Origin: Eledone cirrhosa | Lineage: Eukaryota | Length of the DNA: 64,000 nt | Reading direction: 5' to 3' | Assembly: GCA_964016885.1 (NCBI GenBank) | Contig: OZ024742.1 | Span: 206,708,001-206,772,000, forward strand | Shown: in pieces, positions 49,201-62,031 of the stretch | How positions within the stretch are numbered: the stretch's first letter is position 1 | How the letters are laid out: every line of letters starts with the position of its first letter | Program-made: the position numbers and the translations under genes | The notes under the pieces: model-generated | Database searches by the model: none | What the model was told of the DNA's origin: nothing | What the model saw: only the letters and a program-made list of their open reading frames with translations

Positions 49201-50049
49201 CTAGAGGTACAGAGTACTTGATCAACACCAGAATAACAGCATCTCCACCACTATCAACAACACCTCAACCATCAGCATTGCCATCATCAACATTAAAACC
49301 ATTAGCACAACTCTCACCATTATTATCCAGTATCAGTAAAGTGTCGGACATGCTTTGAGGTATATTGCTACGGCCCTTTACATTCTGAGTTCAAGTCCTG
49401 CTGAGGTTAGCTTTGCCTTTCATCCTTACATGGTCGATAAAATAAATCACTGGGGTTGATTTAATCAACTTTTCCTTTTCCCTTCAAAGTACTGGCTTTG
49501 TGCCAAATGTAGAAACTATTATTATCAAACACCAATATCATGAAGCAGCAAAGGAGCTGATTGACCTATGAGAATTAGTAGTTCTGGTTGCACTGTGTAC
49601 ATCCCGTAATGTATGATCCTGTAACTCCTAATAAAGTCATAGGGTCCCGTATTGACATATGGTATTTCTTGGATATTTGAAGCCTGGCAGAGTCCATCTC
49701 CTCTCCAGGCCTGAGTATAGTAAATTTCCTCCAGAGAAAGATAGAAAATGAGAGAGAGGAAATGAGAAAGAGATAAAGAGGAAGAATCGACCCCAGTAAC
49801 TTTTTTTATCGACCTTGAAAAGATGAAAAGCATAGTTGACATCAGCAGGATTTGAACTCCAAGAGCAAAGGGCTGGAACAAATACCACAAAGTCTGATGT
49901 TCAAATGAGTCTGCCAATTCGCTAACCATTTACTATCTTGAAAAAGCAGTTGGTGGATAATATGGATTTTCTGCACCTAGGAAAAAAATCTGAGATGGGG
50001 ATTCATTTAAGCTGGCACTAAACAACAGCACCAAAACGAGTTAATAGTT

Positions 50050-50985
50050 GCTGCAGCACAACCACCACAACCATCACCAAAATGCTTACTATTATCATCA
50101 GCATTAACACCACTACTGCCACCATTATTACCAGCAGCAGCATAACCACTACAACATTCACCATAACTCTTACTTTTACCATTAACACCAATAACGCCAC
50201 CATCAACAGAAGCAGCAGAGTACCACCATCACAATCACCATAGCTCTCAGTTTTACCATTAACACCAACAACACCACCATAACCATTAGCAGAACCCCCA
50301 CCACCACAACCATAAAACTCCCTCTTACCATTAACACCATCACTACTATAACCTGCCCCACCAGCACCATCAGCACCATCATCACCAACACAACCACAAT
50401 CAGCCCCATCATCACCACCACTACTACCACCATCATCACTAAGCCCATCACTTCCACCACCACCACCACCACCACCACCACCACCACCACTACCACTACC
50501 ATAACTACTGCCACACCAAACATTGCTGCTACTGCAACCATGTCGACCATTACCTTTATAATCAATGATTTATCACCGTGTCATGAATAACAAAGTTGTA
50601 GTCAACTGGTGAAATGTCTTTACTTGATTCCTCTCTTAATTAGTAACACCACCACCACCACCACCACCGATACACTACCATCCAAAGCAACATCATTAAC
50701 ATTGCAACAACATCACCAACACATTCAATACTGCCACTATCAACACCACCACCACCACCTATATGATGTAACCAGCATCCTCATCATCACCACTGATACA
50801 CTGCCATCCAAAACATTGTTGCTTCCACACAAAGAACATCATCAACACTGCAATCACATCACATCACCACCACCACCATTGATACATTGTTACAACCACC
50901 ACCACCAGTCCACTGCCACCCAAAACATTGTCACTTCCACAAACAACATCATCAGCACTGCGGCATAATCACCACCTCATGTCAC
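50050..50985. repeat. Degenerate (CAC/CAT)n low-complexity tract
   Basis: Trinucleotide runs giving poly-V/T/H pseudo-ORFs. Confidence 0.85.
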
Positions 50986-51154
50986 ATTAACTATTTCAAA
51001 TAACATACCCACACTCCAACAGCAAGTAAATGCACATTTTATATATACTCATCCTGTTTTGGACTTACCTATAACATAATTAAGGGCCCACACACCCTCT
51101 GGGTCACCAATTTTTTAAATATATTTTTATTTTATCATTAATTTTTATTTTTAA

Positions 51155-51349
51155 CCCTTTAGCATTTAAACCGGCCAAAACTCTCTCACTTCTTTCTGTT
51201 CAAACCAGCTGTAACTGGCCCCTCATACTGATGCTAAAGTATTGTTCTCAAAATAAATAATATAAAAATCTCATTGATTTGATATTATGTGAGGTAAAGT
51301 CTTTACCATGAAAATCAAGTAAATATAGAGTAATGTAAATGCTAAAGGG
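51155..51349. mobile_element. piggyBac-type MITE
   Basis: TTAA|CCCTTTAGCATTTA ... TAAATGCTAAAGGG|TTAA; 14 bp TIR and TTAA TSD. Confidence 0.85.
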
Positions 51350-51586
51350 TTAACATTAAATCATTAAAAATTATGTATATTCTATATTCATTATCATTAA
51401 TGTATATGAAAAATAATAATAATATATGAAAAATAATAATAATACTTTTTTAGAGAAGGGTTTCAAATTTCATATAGTTTAGGGCCTCAGCAGGTGAAAG
51501 CCTTCATTACACTCCAATTCTCTATATCTTTCATACATTGTAATCCTCACTTTTCGCACTTCTGTTCACTTCTCTTTTCATGTCCA

Positions 51587-51767
51587 TTGGCAGTATCGGT
51601 AGAGGGTCGTATGCCGTGCTTTCCAACATAGTTACATCCCTTTACAGTCTGAATTCAAATACCGTTGAGGTTAACTTTGCCTTTCATCCTTACGGAGTCG
51701 ATAAAATAAAGTACCAGTAATGTACTGGGTAATTGCTGGCCTTGTGCCAAAAGTAGAAACAATTATT
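51587..51767 (+). mobile_element. SINE family 1 copy
   Basis: Same consensus. Confidence 0.85.
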
Positions 51768-52609
51768 TGACTAAACGATAGGAGGATTCTTGTCTAAAAT
51801 ATCAAACATAGGTCAAAATGACTTTCAGTATTTGTTAGGTTCTCTGGGGACAACTTTATCTTTCAGCATTTCAGGGTTGATTTATAAAGTACCAGCCTAG
51901 GGTGGTTGAATGGTAGAATTTTTAGAGCATGAAACAAGAAGCCTTGTGATATTTGTCCCAGTGGTTTGCATTCTGATTTTAAATTCTATGGTCGCATACT
52001 TGATAGTGGCTTACTTAATTTCTTACTTGGTTTTAACACTACCACTTGACTTTAGGATGCCTTAAGCCCAGTTCACTCCATTGCAAATTTCCTGTTTAAA
52101 GAGACCTCATATTATCCTTCTAGTCTCATAGGCCCTGAAAAGGATCACAAGACATTGCTCTTTCTTCTTTGATTAAATAATTAAAAAGAAATGTAGCAAG
52201 CCAGTAAGCTGATCAGGGATGAGATAATTTCCTGTGTCTGAAAGAGGAGTCTAGATTTTTGGATGCAGCTTCTGCAGTATTATGTCAAATGTTTACCAAA
52301 ATGCAATCAAGAAATCAACATACTGCCACCTGAAATCTAAGTTATTATGCCATTTCTGTTTTACCATCATTTCAGTATGGAGATATAAATAAATAAATAA
52401 AAAACTAACCCCCCCCCCCCCCCCCCCCCAATCTTTGCTAACATCATCAAGACTTCTCAATGATGCCTTCATCAATAAAATCATTTATAGAAAGGCTTGT
52501 TTAGTCATCCTGAAATTATCTGTTCATCATTCAGCCAGCATCAGAGAATTTCTATTTCTTTCAGAAAAGAAAAATGCTTCAATTGTCATGAAATATGATA
52601 GAGTACATG

Positions 52610-52646
<37 letters not shown>

Positions 52647-53160
52647 ATAGAGCAATAGATGCAGACATGGCTGGATGTTGAAGAAGTTTGCTTTACAATC
52701 ACGAAACCCTGACTTCAATCCCACTATGTGGGACATTGGGCAAATGTTTTTTACCACAACCTTGGATCAACCCATGACATGGCAGTGAAATTAATGTGGT
52801 GTGTTTAAAAAAAAAAATCCACAAACACCATAGAATGGGAAGGCTATTGCTTTAACTCTATAATGTACTTTAATATACAAACAAACATTGACAATTTGAA
52901 TGCTGACCTCTGTAATTTTGCTGGTTGAAATGAGAAGGGTAGGTGAAATGAAAGGTGTAGGATGAGGTTTACTGAAATGAAATTGAAATTAATTTAATTT
53001 TATTATCATAAGGAATGAAATCCATTAGCATTGCCTGCCTATTAATGATACTATCTTGAAGTTTTAGCCTAATGATAGTTGACTTCCTTTGAAGCTGACA
53101 CATTATCAGAATTAAAATAGTTATACATTAAGCATTATTATCAGCAATGTTAAATACAGT

Positions 53161-53346
53161 GAGAGAGAGAGAAGAGAGAGAGGGGGGAAGAGAGAGAGAA
53201 GGGAAGAGAGAAATATATATAGAGAGAGAGGGGGAAGGGAAAGGGAAGAGAGAGAGAAGAGGGAAAGAGAGAGAGAGGGAGAAGAGAGAAGAGAGAGGGA
53301 GAGAAAGAGAGGAGAGACAGAGAGAGAAAGAGAAGAGTGGGAGAGA
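53161..53346. repeat. (GA)-rich purine tract
   Basis: Direct observation; similar tracts at 5945-6140 and 47750-48070. Confidence 0.9.
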
Positions 53347-54904
53347 GCTTTTACATGGTTACTCAAGCTGATGAAAATAGCAGCGAAATCTTTTTTAAAT
53401 CATATTCTACAATATTATAATAAAATATATCAGTAAAGTGTTGGACAACATGGTTTACAGCATATAGTTACGTCCCTTTACGTTCTGAGTTCAAATCCTG
53501 CTTTACTTTTCGTCGTTATGGGGTTGATAAAATAAAGTACCAGTAATGCACTAGGGTTGGGTTTACCCTCCCCCAAAATTGGTTGCCTAAATCAGAAAAC
53601 ATTATCTAATAAAAAAAAAAAAAGGACACATTAAATAACTTAGTCCTCAAAACACTGCCTAAAATATAGTTAGAGTGGCCATGCCTAAAATATAGATGGA
53701 GTAGTCATGGCTGGAATGCCATTGACCATAGATCTGCTCATTTAGAACACATGAAACAATAAATTTAAAAAAATGGCAAACGGTCAGATGGTATGACAAT
53801 CTTCCAGTCCATGGGGGTAGGCCCCTCTTCTGGAATGCTACATGCTGTGGCACCTTCTCTAGTGGCAACCTGGTCATATGGCTACTAGCCCAGGCTTCAC
53901 TGCTTGTCTAGCTGAAGAGGGTAAACTAGGCCCCTAGACTACATCTCTGCCACTGTCCTTCAAAGCAATGTATTCTTCATCCTGTTGGCTGGGACACTAT
54001 TATCATTTATTGTTAGAGCTGTTCTTTTGTTACTTAATCTCAAGTCAATTCTGACTGAGCATGTAAGTCTAGATTATATGTGCCCTTTCTTTATTTAAAA
54101 TAGTATGGAATGATTTGAAAGAGGTTTGGCTGTTATTTCTAGAAAGTTGAGTGGCCATGTAGAGGCACCTTCATTGTCTCAACTATTATTGGGTGCTGTT
54201 GTTATGGTTGTTTAGTCCCAGCTATGTCTTATCAAACAGGTCTATGAACAAAGGCATTTAATCCATGACCATCCAGTCATATTTTCAGACATCATATATC
54301 TAAGATTATAGTCTTCAATCTACCATGCTCTGTTTAAGATGCTAGGATGTAATTTCTATGTGGATAAATAAAATACCTGTCCAGGATAAGAGATTGGTAG
54401 AATTGCTAAAGATTTAGGGAATATATTTTTTACTCTTTACATTTTTAGTTCAAATCTTACTGTAACTTACATGAGTGGTGGACTTAATCTGCCACCTGGT
54501 TTTAACACAATCACTTGGCCTTTGGAAACCTTTAAGGAGTCCACTGGTTTGCAAACATTTGGTCAAGGTCTCCAGTTTGGAGATATCTTCCTTCTTCCCT
54601 CCCGTATACCAGTCTCAGAGTCTTTGAAATAGATCATGAGCACTGCCCATCCTTCCTTGATTAAACCATAAAAAACTGTTTAGTCAAGGAATAAAAAACA
54701 AAAACCTACATGATAAAAAACAAAGCCAAAAGACTTGTATTTTGCACATAAGCATCAATATACATACATAAGTTAAAAAAAGTTAAGGGCCGAAACACTT
54801 GCATGAGGGATTTTCTTCTCTGAAGACCTTCTGCTGTCAAGCTCTTGGGAGTTTCTTACCACTTCTTATCACTACTAAATACTTGTATTTACCAGTTATA
54901 ACTA

Positions 54905-55300
54905 CATCATTATCATCATTTTATGTCCGTTGTTCCAGCATCTCTCCATTTGCCACATTCCTTTGTTATCTGCTGCTTTAGCTTTAGCAATCTGAGATCA
55001 GCTTTCAGCACTTCCAACCAGGTCTTCCTTGGTCTTCCTCTACAATGGCCTCCCTCCACTAGAATTACTTGGCACTTCTTCACTCAGCAATCATCAATCT
55101 GCATCACATATCCATACCAATGCAGTCTCTTTTCCTGTACACCACTTTGGCTTCTTCTTATACCCAGTTTTTCTCTCAGTTCATCCAAGCCCTGTCTTTC
55201 TTGCACATTAACATCACATATCCATTGGAGCATGCTTGCCTCATTTCTCTCTAGCCTTCACATGTCTTCTGTGTTCACTGTCCATGTCTCATTACCATGA
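54905..55300 (-). mobile_element. RTE LINE 3' fragment
   Basis: HGNETW..RNEASML..GRPRKTW on minus. Confidence 0.75.
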
Positions 55301-55655
55301 TCAATGAGATATTTTGTAAAACTATTAATTATAATTTGTGAGCATTCAACTCCAAAATATGAATTTAAATATCTGAAATAGCAGGGTGTGTGTGGTTTTT
55401 TGAGGCTAATGGTAAGGGATTGCATAACTTATTGATTGGTTTGTACATCAATAATTTTGCCCCCTAAACAATTGTAAAACAATGGATTAATTAACTACTT
55501 CACCATATTTTATTCTTTCATTGTTTAATATTATCTCTCTATCTCTCTGTACATATGTCTGTGTGTGTGTGTGAGCTTGTTTCATTCTGTGTGTATACTG
55601 TAAATGTATGTCTGAGTATCAATCCACACAGACACACACATATATATGTATAAAT

Positions 55656-55740
<85 letters not shown>

Positions 55741-56415
55741 TATATATGCTTATATATTGTACACATGTATGCATAACCAAACTGAAGTCTTAATCTTTAC
55801 ACGAACAGACAGACAAGCAATGTGGAGGAAATACATATCCATCTTCCTGTTGTTCATTAAGAACTGGTCTAGCAAGCTGATTTCCATTACAAGCTGAAGT
55901 CTGAACAAATCACACACACTCTCTCTCTCGCATGTGACCAATGCTTTATGCATACACACACACAAGCCAACAAAGAAGTTTCTAACTGGTCACGTCATCT
56001 GCTAGAAATAGCAACCAAATCATATCCCATTAACTTAGAAAATATTACATGATAGTTAATGTGATCATGATCATGGTTTCCTGGTATATAGGGAAAATAC
56101 AGGATGGTCATGGTTGGAATGACATTTGATCGTAGATCTGCTTAATTAGGGTTGATCTGCAGCTAAATAACTACATACACACACACATATACACCCTCAT
56201 ATGAACACCCCTAACATACACACAATCTCGCTCTCTCTCTCTCTCATTCAACTTACATGAACACCTGATATATATATGTGCACACATACATACACCTACA
56301 TACACACAGTCATGTGAATACCTCCTCCCATATATATGTGTATACATACACATGATAATCTACTCCCACATATATTTACGCATCTATATGACCTCACTTA
56401 AAAGCCTCACTATAT

Positions 56416-56446
<31 letters not shown>

Positions 56447-56477
56447 CTTGCCCAAGCATAAGTTGCCCTTTCACATC

Positions 56478-56508
<31 letters not shown>

Positions 56509-56689
56509 CATATTGTGAGAGGGACTCACACATACACATTCACACCCACATATACAAATGTCTAATTGATTGATAACATTGTATTACTGGTACAACATCT
56601 GTCAGGTGACAATATTCTTATTGCAGCTGGTGCAGGAATGATGCTACTACAGGTGGTGGTGGGGGTTGGGGGGTTGAGGGGCTGATAGA

Positions 56690-56809
56690 AGTGATAATGA
56701 TGGTGGTGATGGTGTGGATGGTGATGGTGGTGATAATGATAATGATGGTGTTGATGGTGATGGTGGCGATCGTGATGATAATAATGATGGTGGCGACAGT
56801 GGTGATGGC

Positions 56810-56849
<40 letters not shown>

Positions 56850-57931
56850 GCGATTGTGATGATGATGGTGGTGATGGTGATGATGATAGTGATGGTGGTG
56901 ATGATAATGATGGTGTTGATTTTGATTATAGTGGTGATGGTGGTTCATGATGATAATGATGGAGGTGCTGATGATGATGGGGATGGTGAGAATGATAATA
57001 ATTGTTTCTACTTTTGGCACAAGGCTAGAAATAATCCCAGTGTATTACTGGTACTTTATTTTATCGACCCTGTAAGGATGAAAGGCAAAGTTAACCTCGA
57101 CGGGATTTGAACTCAGGTGAGGATGATAATGATGATGGTGGTGGTGATAGTGATGACGATAATGATGATTGTAATGATGTTGGTGTTGATGATAAAGATG
57201 ATAGTGATGATGGTGGTGATAATGATGACAGTGATGGTGATGATGATGATGATGATAATGAGGATCATGATGATGGTGGTGATGAGGGGGGGGTGATAGT
57301 GATGACGATAATGATGATTGTAATGATGTTGGTGTTGATGATAAAGATGATAGTGATGATGGTGGTGATAATGATGACAGTGATGGTGATGATGATGATG
57401 ATAATGAGGGGGGGGGATGATAGTAGAGATAATGATGGTGGTGATGGTGATGACATTAATGATGATGGGGATGGTGATGGGGATGGTGTTGATGGTGACA
57501 TTTATGTGTTGCTGATGGTGGTGATGATGTTGATAGCAGTGGTATTAATGTTGATGGTGGTTGGGATAATAATTGTTTCTACTTTAGGCACAAGGCCAGC
57601 AATTATCCCAGTGGATTACTGGTACTTTATTTTATCAACCCCCCGTAAGGATGAAAGGCAAAGTCAACCTCGGCGGGATTTGAACTCAGAATGGCAAGGG
57701 CCGTAAAGGGATGTAACGATGGTGGTGATGATGTTGATGGCAGTGGGGATAATAATGATGGTGGTGATGATGTTGATAGCAGTGATAGTGATGTTGATGG
57801 CAGTGGGGATAATAATGATGGTGGTGGTGATGATGATGATGAATAACATGATGGTTGTGAGGATGATGGAGACAATGCTACTCGTGACATAGGTAGTGAC
57901 ACTGAGTTGTGATAGAGATGCTGAAACCAAC

Positions 57932-57968
<37 letters not shown>

Positions 57969-58259
57969 GTGATGATGAGGAGGAGGGTGATTATGATGAT
58001 GATGATGATGACAATAATGTTGGTGATAATGAGGAAGTTGTTGATAATAGAGTGACACAGGCAGCACTAGTTGTCTGCTGTTCATGTTGCTGCTGCTGCT
58101 GCTGCTGATGCTGCTGCTGCTGCTGATGCTGCTGATGCTGCTGATGCCAGGTAAAGCTGATAATGATGTTCATATTAATGGTGGCACAGTTAAAAGCACT
58201 GCTAATTTTTTCCAACAGCTGCTCTTATTTCTGTTGCTGCTACAGGTACCACAGCCACC

Positions 58260-58324
<65 letters not shown>

Positions 58325-58405
58325 CACTACTACCACTACTACTACTACTACCACCATTACCACTACTGCTACCACCACCACTACCACTACTACCACTTCT
58401 ACTAT
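56690..58405. repeat. (GAT/GGT)n, (CTG)n and (CTA/CCA)n low-complexity region with two SINE family 1 insertions
   Basis: SINEs at ~57000-57116 and ~57570-57717 (minus); ~120 bp direct duplication at ~57142 and ~57291. Confidence 0.85.
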
Positions 58406-58659
58406 TGTAATTTACCTTATGTTTATTTGGTAAGGTAAAACACGTTACTGCTAGAAAGTGTAGCAGACACTTTGGCACTGTAACTACCTTGGCAGAATGC
58501 TGCAGTGAATGCTGAATTGGGAGTCAGGAGGGAGCCACAGGAGGAGGAAGACAAGGAGGAAGGAAGGTGTGATGTGAATTATAAAAGAATTTGTGTAGCA
58601 AGGTGGATGTGATAAAAGAGGTTTTATATATATATATATATATATTCATTCATTCATTC

Positions 58660-58989
58660 ATTTCATTTTACGTCTGCTTTTTCCCTGCTTGCAAGGGTGG
58701 GACGGGAACTAATTCTGGCTTAATTTCTACAGCTGGATGCCCTTCCTAACACCAACCTCATTTACAGTGAGTGCTGGGTGCTTTTTTGCCGTAGCACCTC
58801 CACGACCACTTTGCAGTGGAATGATAGGGACCCCAGTCCCTATCATCTCATTTCTACAGGTGAGTAAACTGGAGCAATGTGAAATAAAGTGTCTTGCTCA
58901 AGGAAACAACACATCACCCGGTCTGAGAATTGAACTCACAACCTTTCGATTGCAAGGCCAATGCTCTAACCACTAAGCCGTGTGCCTCC
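58660..58989 (-). mobile_element. SINE family 2 copy
   Basis: Reverse complement of 37933-38280. Confidence 0.85.
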
Positions 58990-58991
58990 TT

Positions 58992-60629
58992 AACTCTATC
59001 TGTAACACTAACTTCAAAAAATGAGACAATCACTTGATCACCTACAGATCAGGAGAACATACCAGCCAGGTAGATTATATCCTTACCAGAAGACGTGGCA
59101 GAGTGTCTGTTGTAAACACTAAATCCCTCCCCCATGAAGAATGCACCTCCCAACATAGACTGATAATTAGCGACCTCATAGTCAGGACGAGACGTACTAG
59201 ACAGCAGAAGTGGACTATCCTCAGGACAAAAATATGGAAGCTAAAGGATCCCACAGCCAGAAATAAATTTCAAAGCATATTACTTGATGCTTTCGACAGT
59301 AAGGAAGAGCAATTAGAGTCGTACAAGGTAGAGGAACAATGGCCGAGCTAGAGAAGAAATTCCAAACATGGAAGCACGGCCTAGAATCAAAAGGCCTTAA
59401 AATTAACCTGGCTAAGACTAAAGTTTTAGTTTGTAGGAAAGAAAATAAGGCACCGGTCCCTTCCGGGAAATGGCCATGCTCAGTGTGTAGGAAAGGCGTA
59501 GGTAGAAACTCCATTTTATGTCCCAAATGCAAAGTATGGGTGCATAAAAGATGTAGTGGGATCACAGGTAAGTTAACTAAGAACACAGATTTTACATGTG
59601 GCCGGTGCTCTGGTGCAATAAGTAGCAGCAAGTGCCCACCAAAATACTAGCTCTTTCAATTGCACAGATGGTTCTATAGAAATAGTGGACAGCTTCCGTT
59701 ACCTGGGTGACAAAATCAGCAGTGGGGGAGGGTGCTCTTAAAGTACAGTAGCTAGAGTCAGAACTGGATGGAAAAAGTTCAGAGAGCTAATACCACTATT
59801 AGCCGCTAAAGGGTTCTCCCTAAAAATGAAAGGCAGGTTGTATGATGCCTGCATACGAACAGCAATGTTGCATGGCAGTGAGACATGGGCATTGTGTGCA
59901 GAGGATATACGCAGACTAGAGAGGAACGAAGCTTGCATGCTCCGCTGGATGTGTAATAGTAATATACGTGAACGGCAAAGCATAAACGAACTAAGGATGT
60001 TGTTTACTCGAGAGAAGGCTACGTTGGGATGGTCACGTGATGCGCATGAAAGACGACAGCTGTATAACAAAGTGCAGGGCAATAAAGATAGATGGTAGCC
60101 ACGGAGTAGGCAGACCCAGAAAAACCTGGGACGAGCTGATAAATTCCGACCTCACACACTTACACCTCCAAGACAATGTCACTGGACCGAGACCTTTGAC
60201 GGTACTCAGTAACAGAGAAGACCCGCCTTACCTAAATACAAAGTAAAACCTACTACAGTCAGTAGGCATCTCTAACAAAATACACCCCCGTCCCACCACC
60301 CCCACCCCATCCACACGGCCCCTTTCATGCAAAGTTATGTTGGTGCCACAACATCCAGGCCGAAACAAACGAGATCGTGTAGGTGTCACGACAAAAAACA
60401 CACAGTCCACGCTGTAATGTGGCCGTGTAGGCAACATGGTAAAAACCTCCCAGTCCCACACTGTAAATGTGGTTGGTGCTAGGAAGGGTATCCAGCTGTA
60501 GAAAACACGCCAGACAGTCCTATGCGAGCAAGACAACCACTCTTGCCTCAAGTGGGAAAACTCCCGTCCAAACCCATGCAAGCGTGGAAGATGGACGTTA
60601 AACGATGATGATGATGATGATGATGATGA

Positions 60630-60632
<3 letters not shown>
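58992..60632 (+). mobile_element. Internally deleted RTE LINE (APE end joined to post-RT region, PHD-like finger, 3'UTR)
   Basis: SQVDYIL..SQHRL joined at ~59340 to AELEKKFQTWK..CSVCRKG..CPKC..WVHKRC..CGRC; MLHGSETW; (ATG)n. Confidence 0.85.
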
Positions 60633-60681
<49 letters not shown>

Positions 60682-60721
60682 TTTCATTTTCATTTCATTT
60701 TACGTCTGCTTTTTCCCTGCT

Positions 60722-61039
60722 TGGCTTAGTGGTTAGAGCATTGGCCTTGCAATCGAAAGGTTGGGAGTTCAATTCTCAGACCGGGTGATGTGTTGTTTCC
60801 TTGAGCAAGACACTTTATTTCACATTGCTCCAGTTTACTCAGCTGTAGAAATGAGATGACTGGGGTCCCTATCATTCCACTGCAAAGTGGTTGTGGAGGT
60901 GCCACGGCAAAAAAAGCACCCAGCACTCACTGTAAATGGGCTGGTGTTAGGAAGGGCATCCAGCTGCAGAAATCAAGCCAGAATCAGTTCCCGTCCCACC
61001 CTTGCAAGCAGGGAAAAGCGGACGTAAAATGATGATGAT
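60722..61039 (+). mobile_element. SINE family 2 copy
   Basis: Same consensus; preceded by a short inverted copy of its own tail (60690-60724). Confidence 0.85.
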
Positions 61040-61056
61040 ATATATATATATATATA

Positions 61057-61261
61057 TAGGAACCAGTAAGACCCCGACAGCTGAGCTCAAGCCATTTCGA
61101 CGGCTAATTCTGGACTGAATGAGTCCAGAATTAGCCGTCGAAACGGCTTGAGCTCAGCTGTCGGGGTCTTACTGGTTCCTATTACCCACTCTACTACCTC
61201 AAGTATTGAGTACTTTGGTGCGTTATGGTCCACCTGGTTCCTTACCACATTTCCTTCGTTA
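61057..61261. mobile_element. Hairpin-ended element, copy 2 (opposite orientation)
   Basis: ~60 bp near-perfect stem at 61057-61181 plus unique arm; (TA)n flanks. Confidence 0.85.
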
Positions 61262-61377
61262 TATATATATATATATATAGTAATAATAATAAATTTGAAG
61301 ACTAAAATCCAAAGAGGGCTCGATAAGGATAAATATATATCAAATATATAAGAACCGTAGAGCAAATATGTATTTTA

Positions 61378-61427
61378 GTTTCAGAAGATCCCGTTAAGGG
61401 TGAAAGCAGCGACTCTTTGCTTAAACT
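61378..61427 (+). ncRNA. Hammerhead ribozyme with mutated core
   Basis: gttt CAGAAGA tCCC gttaa GGGt GAAA GCA gcgactctt TGC TT aaac; the 3' part recurs at 21819-21860. Confidence 0.55.
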
Positions 61428-61484
61428 TTAATCTGTTATTTTAATAAATATATATATATATACATATATATACATATATATGTA

Positions 61485-61681
61485 TAACGAAGGAAATGTG
61501 GTACGGAACCAGATGGACCATAACGCACCAAAGTACTCAATACTTAGGGTAGTAGAGTGGGTAATAGGAATGAGTATGACCCCAACGGCTGAGCTCAAGC
61601 CGTTTCGACGGCTAATTCTGCGTCCAGAATTAGCCGTCGAAACGGCTTGAGCTCAGCCATCGGGGTCCTACTTGTTCCTAT
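61485..61681. mobile_element. Hairpin-ended element, copy 3
   Basis: Unique arm plus hairpin at 61564-61681; (TA)n flanks. Confidence 0.85.
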
Positions 61682-62031
61682 ATATATATATATAAGCATG
61701 AAAAGAAATTATGTTTATATATATATATATATAAAATATTTTATGATCTTTTCCTGGTTTCAGTCTTCTGACTGAAGGTATGCTGGGGCACCACCTTCAT
61801 TTAGTTGACCGTATCAATCCCAGTACTTTATTTGTTCAAGACTGGTACTTATTTCATTGATATCTTTTTGTCAAATGGGGAAATAAACACAGACACACAT
61901 GTAAACGTAGATACAGATACACCTACAAATACACACACATACATGTGCATATACGTACATACATATCAACATCATCATCATCTTCATCATCATTTTACAT
62001 CCGCTTTTCCCTGCTTGTATATATATATATA

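Noticed and set aside
49525-49929. 134 aa minus-strand ORF as a gene
   Set aside because: First half is a decayed SINE and CT tract; remainder unrecognised with a weak donor
50018-50968. Poly-Val and poly-Thr ORFs
   Set aside because: Degenerate (CAC)n repeat with no splice or domain evidence
53908-53945. CTGAAGA followed by GGG..CCC stem as an HHR
   Set aside because: No GAAA box or stem I
56562-57706. Poly-His, poly-Asp and poly-Met ORFs
   Set aside because: Products of (GAT/GGT)n microsatellite, open in several frames and running through SINEs
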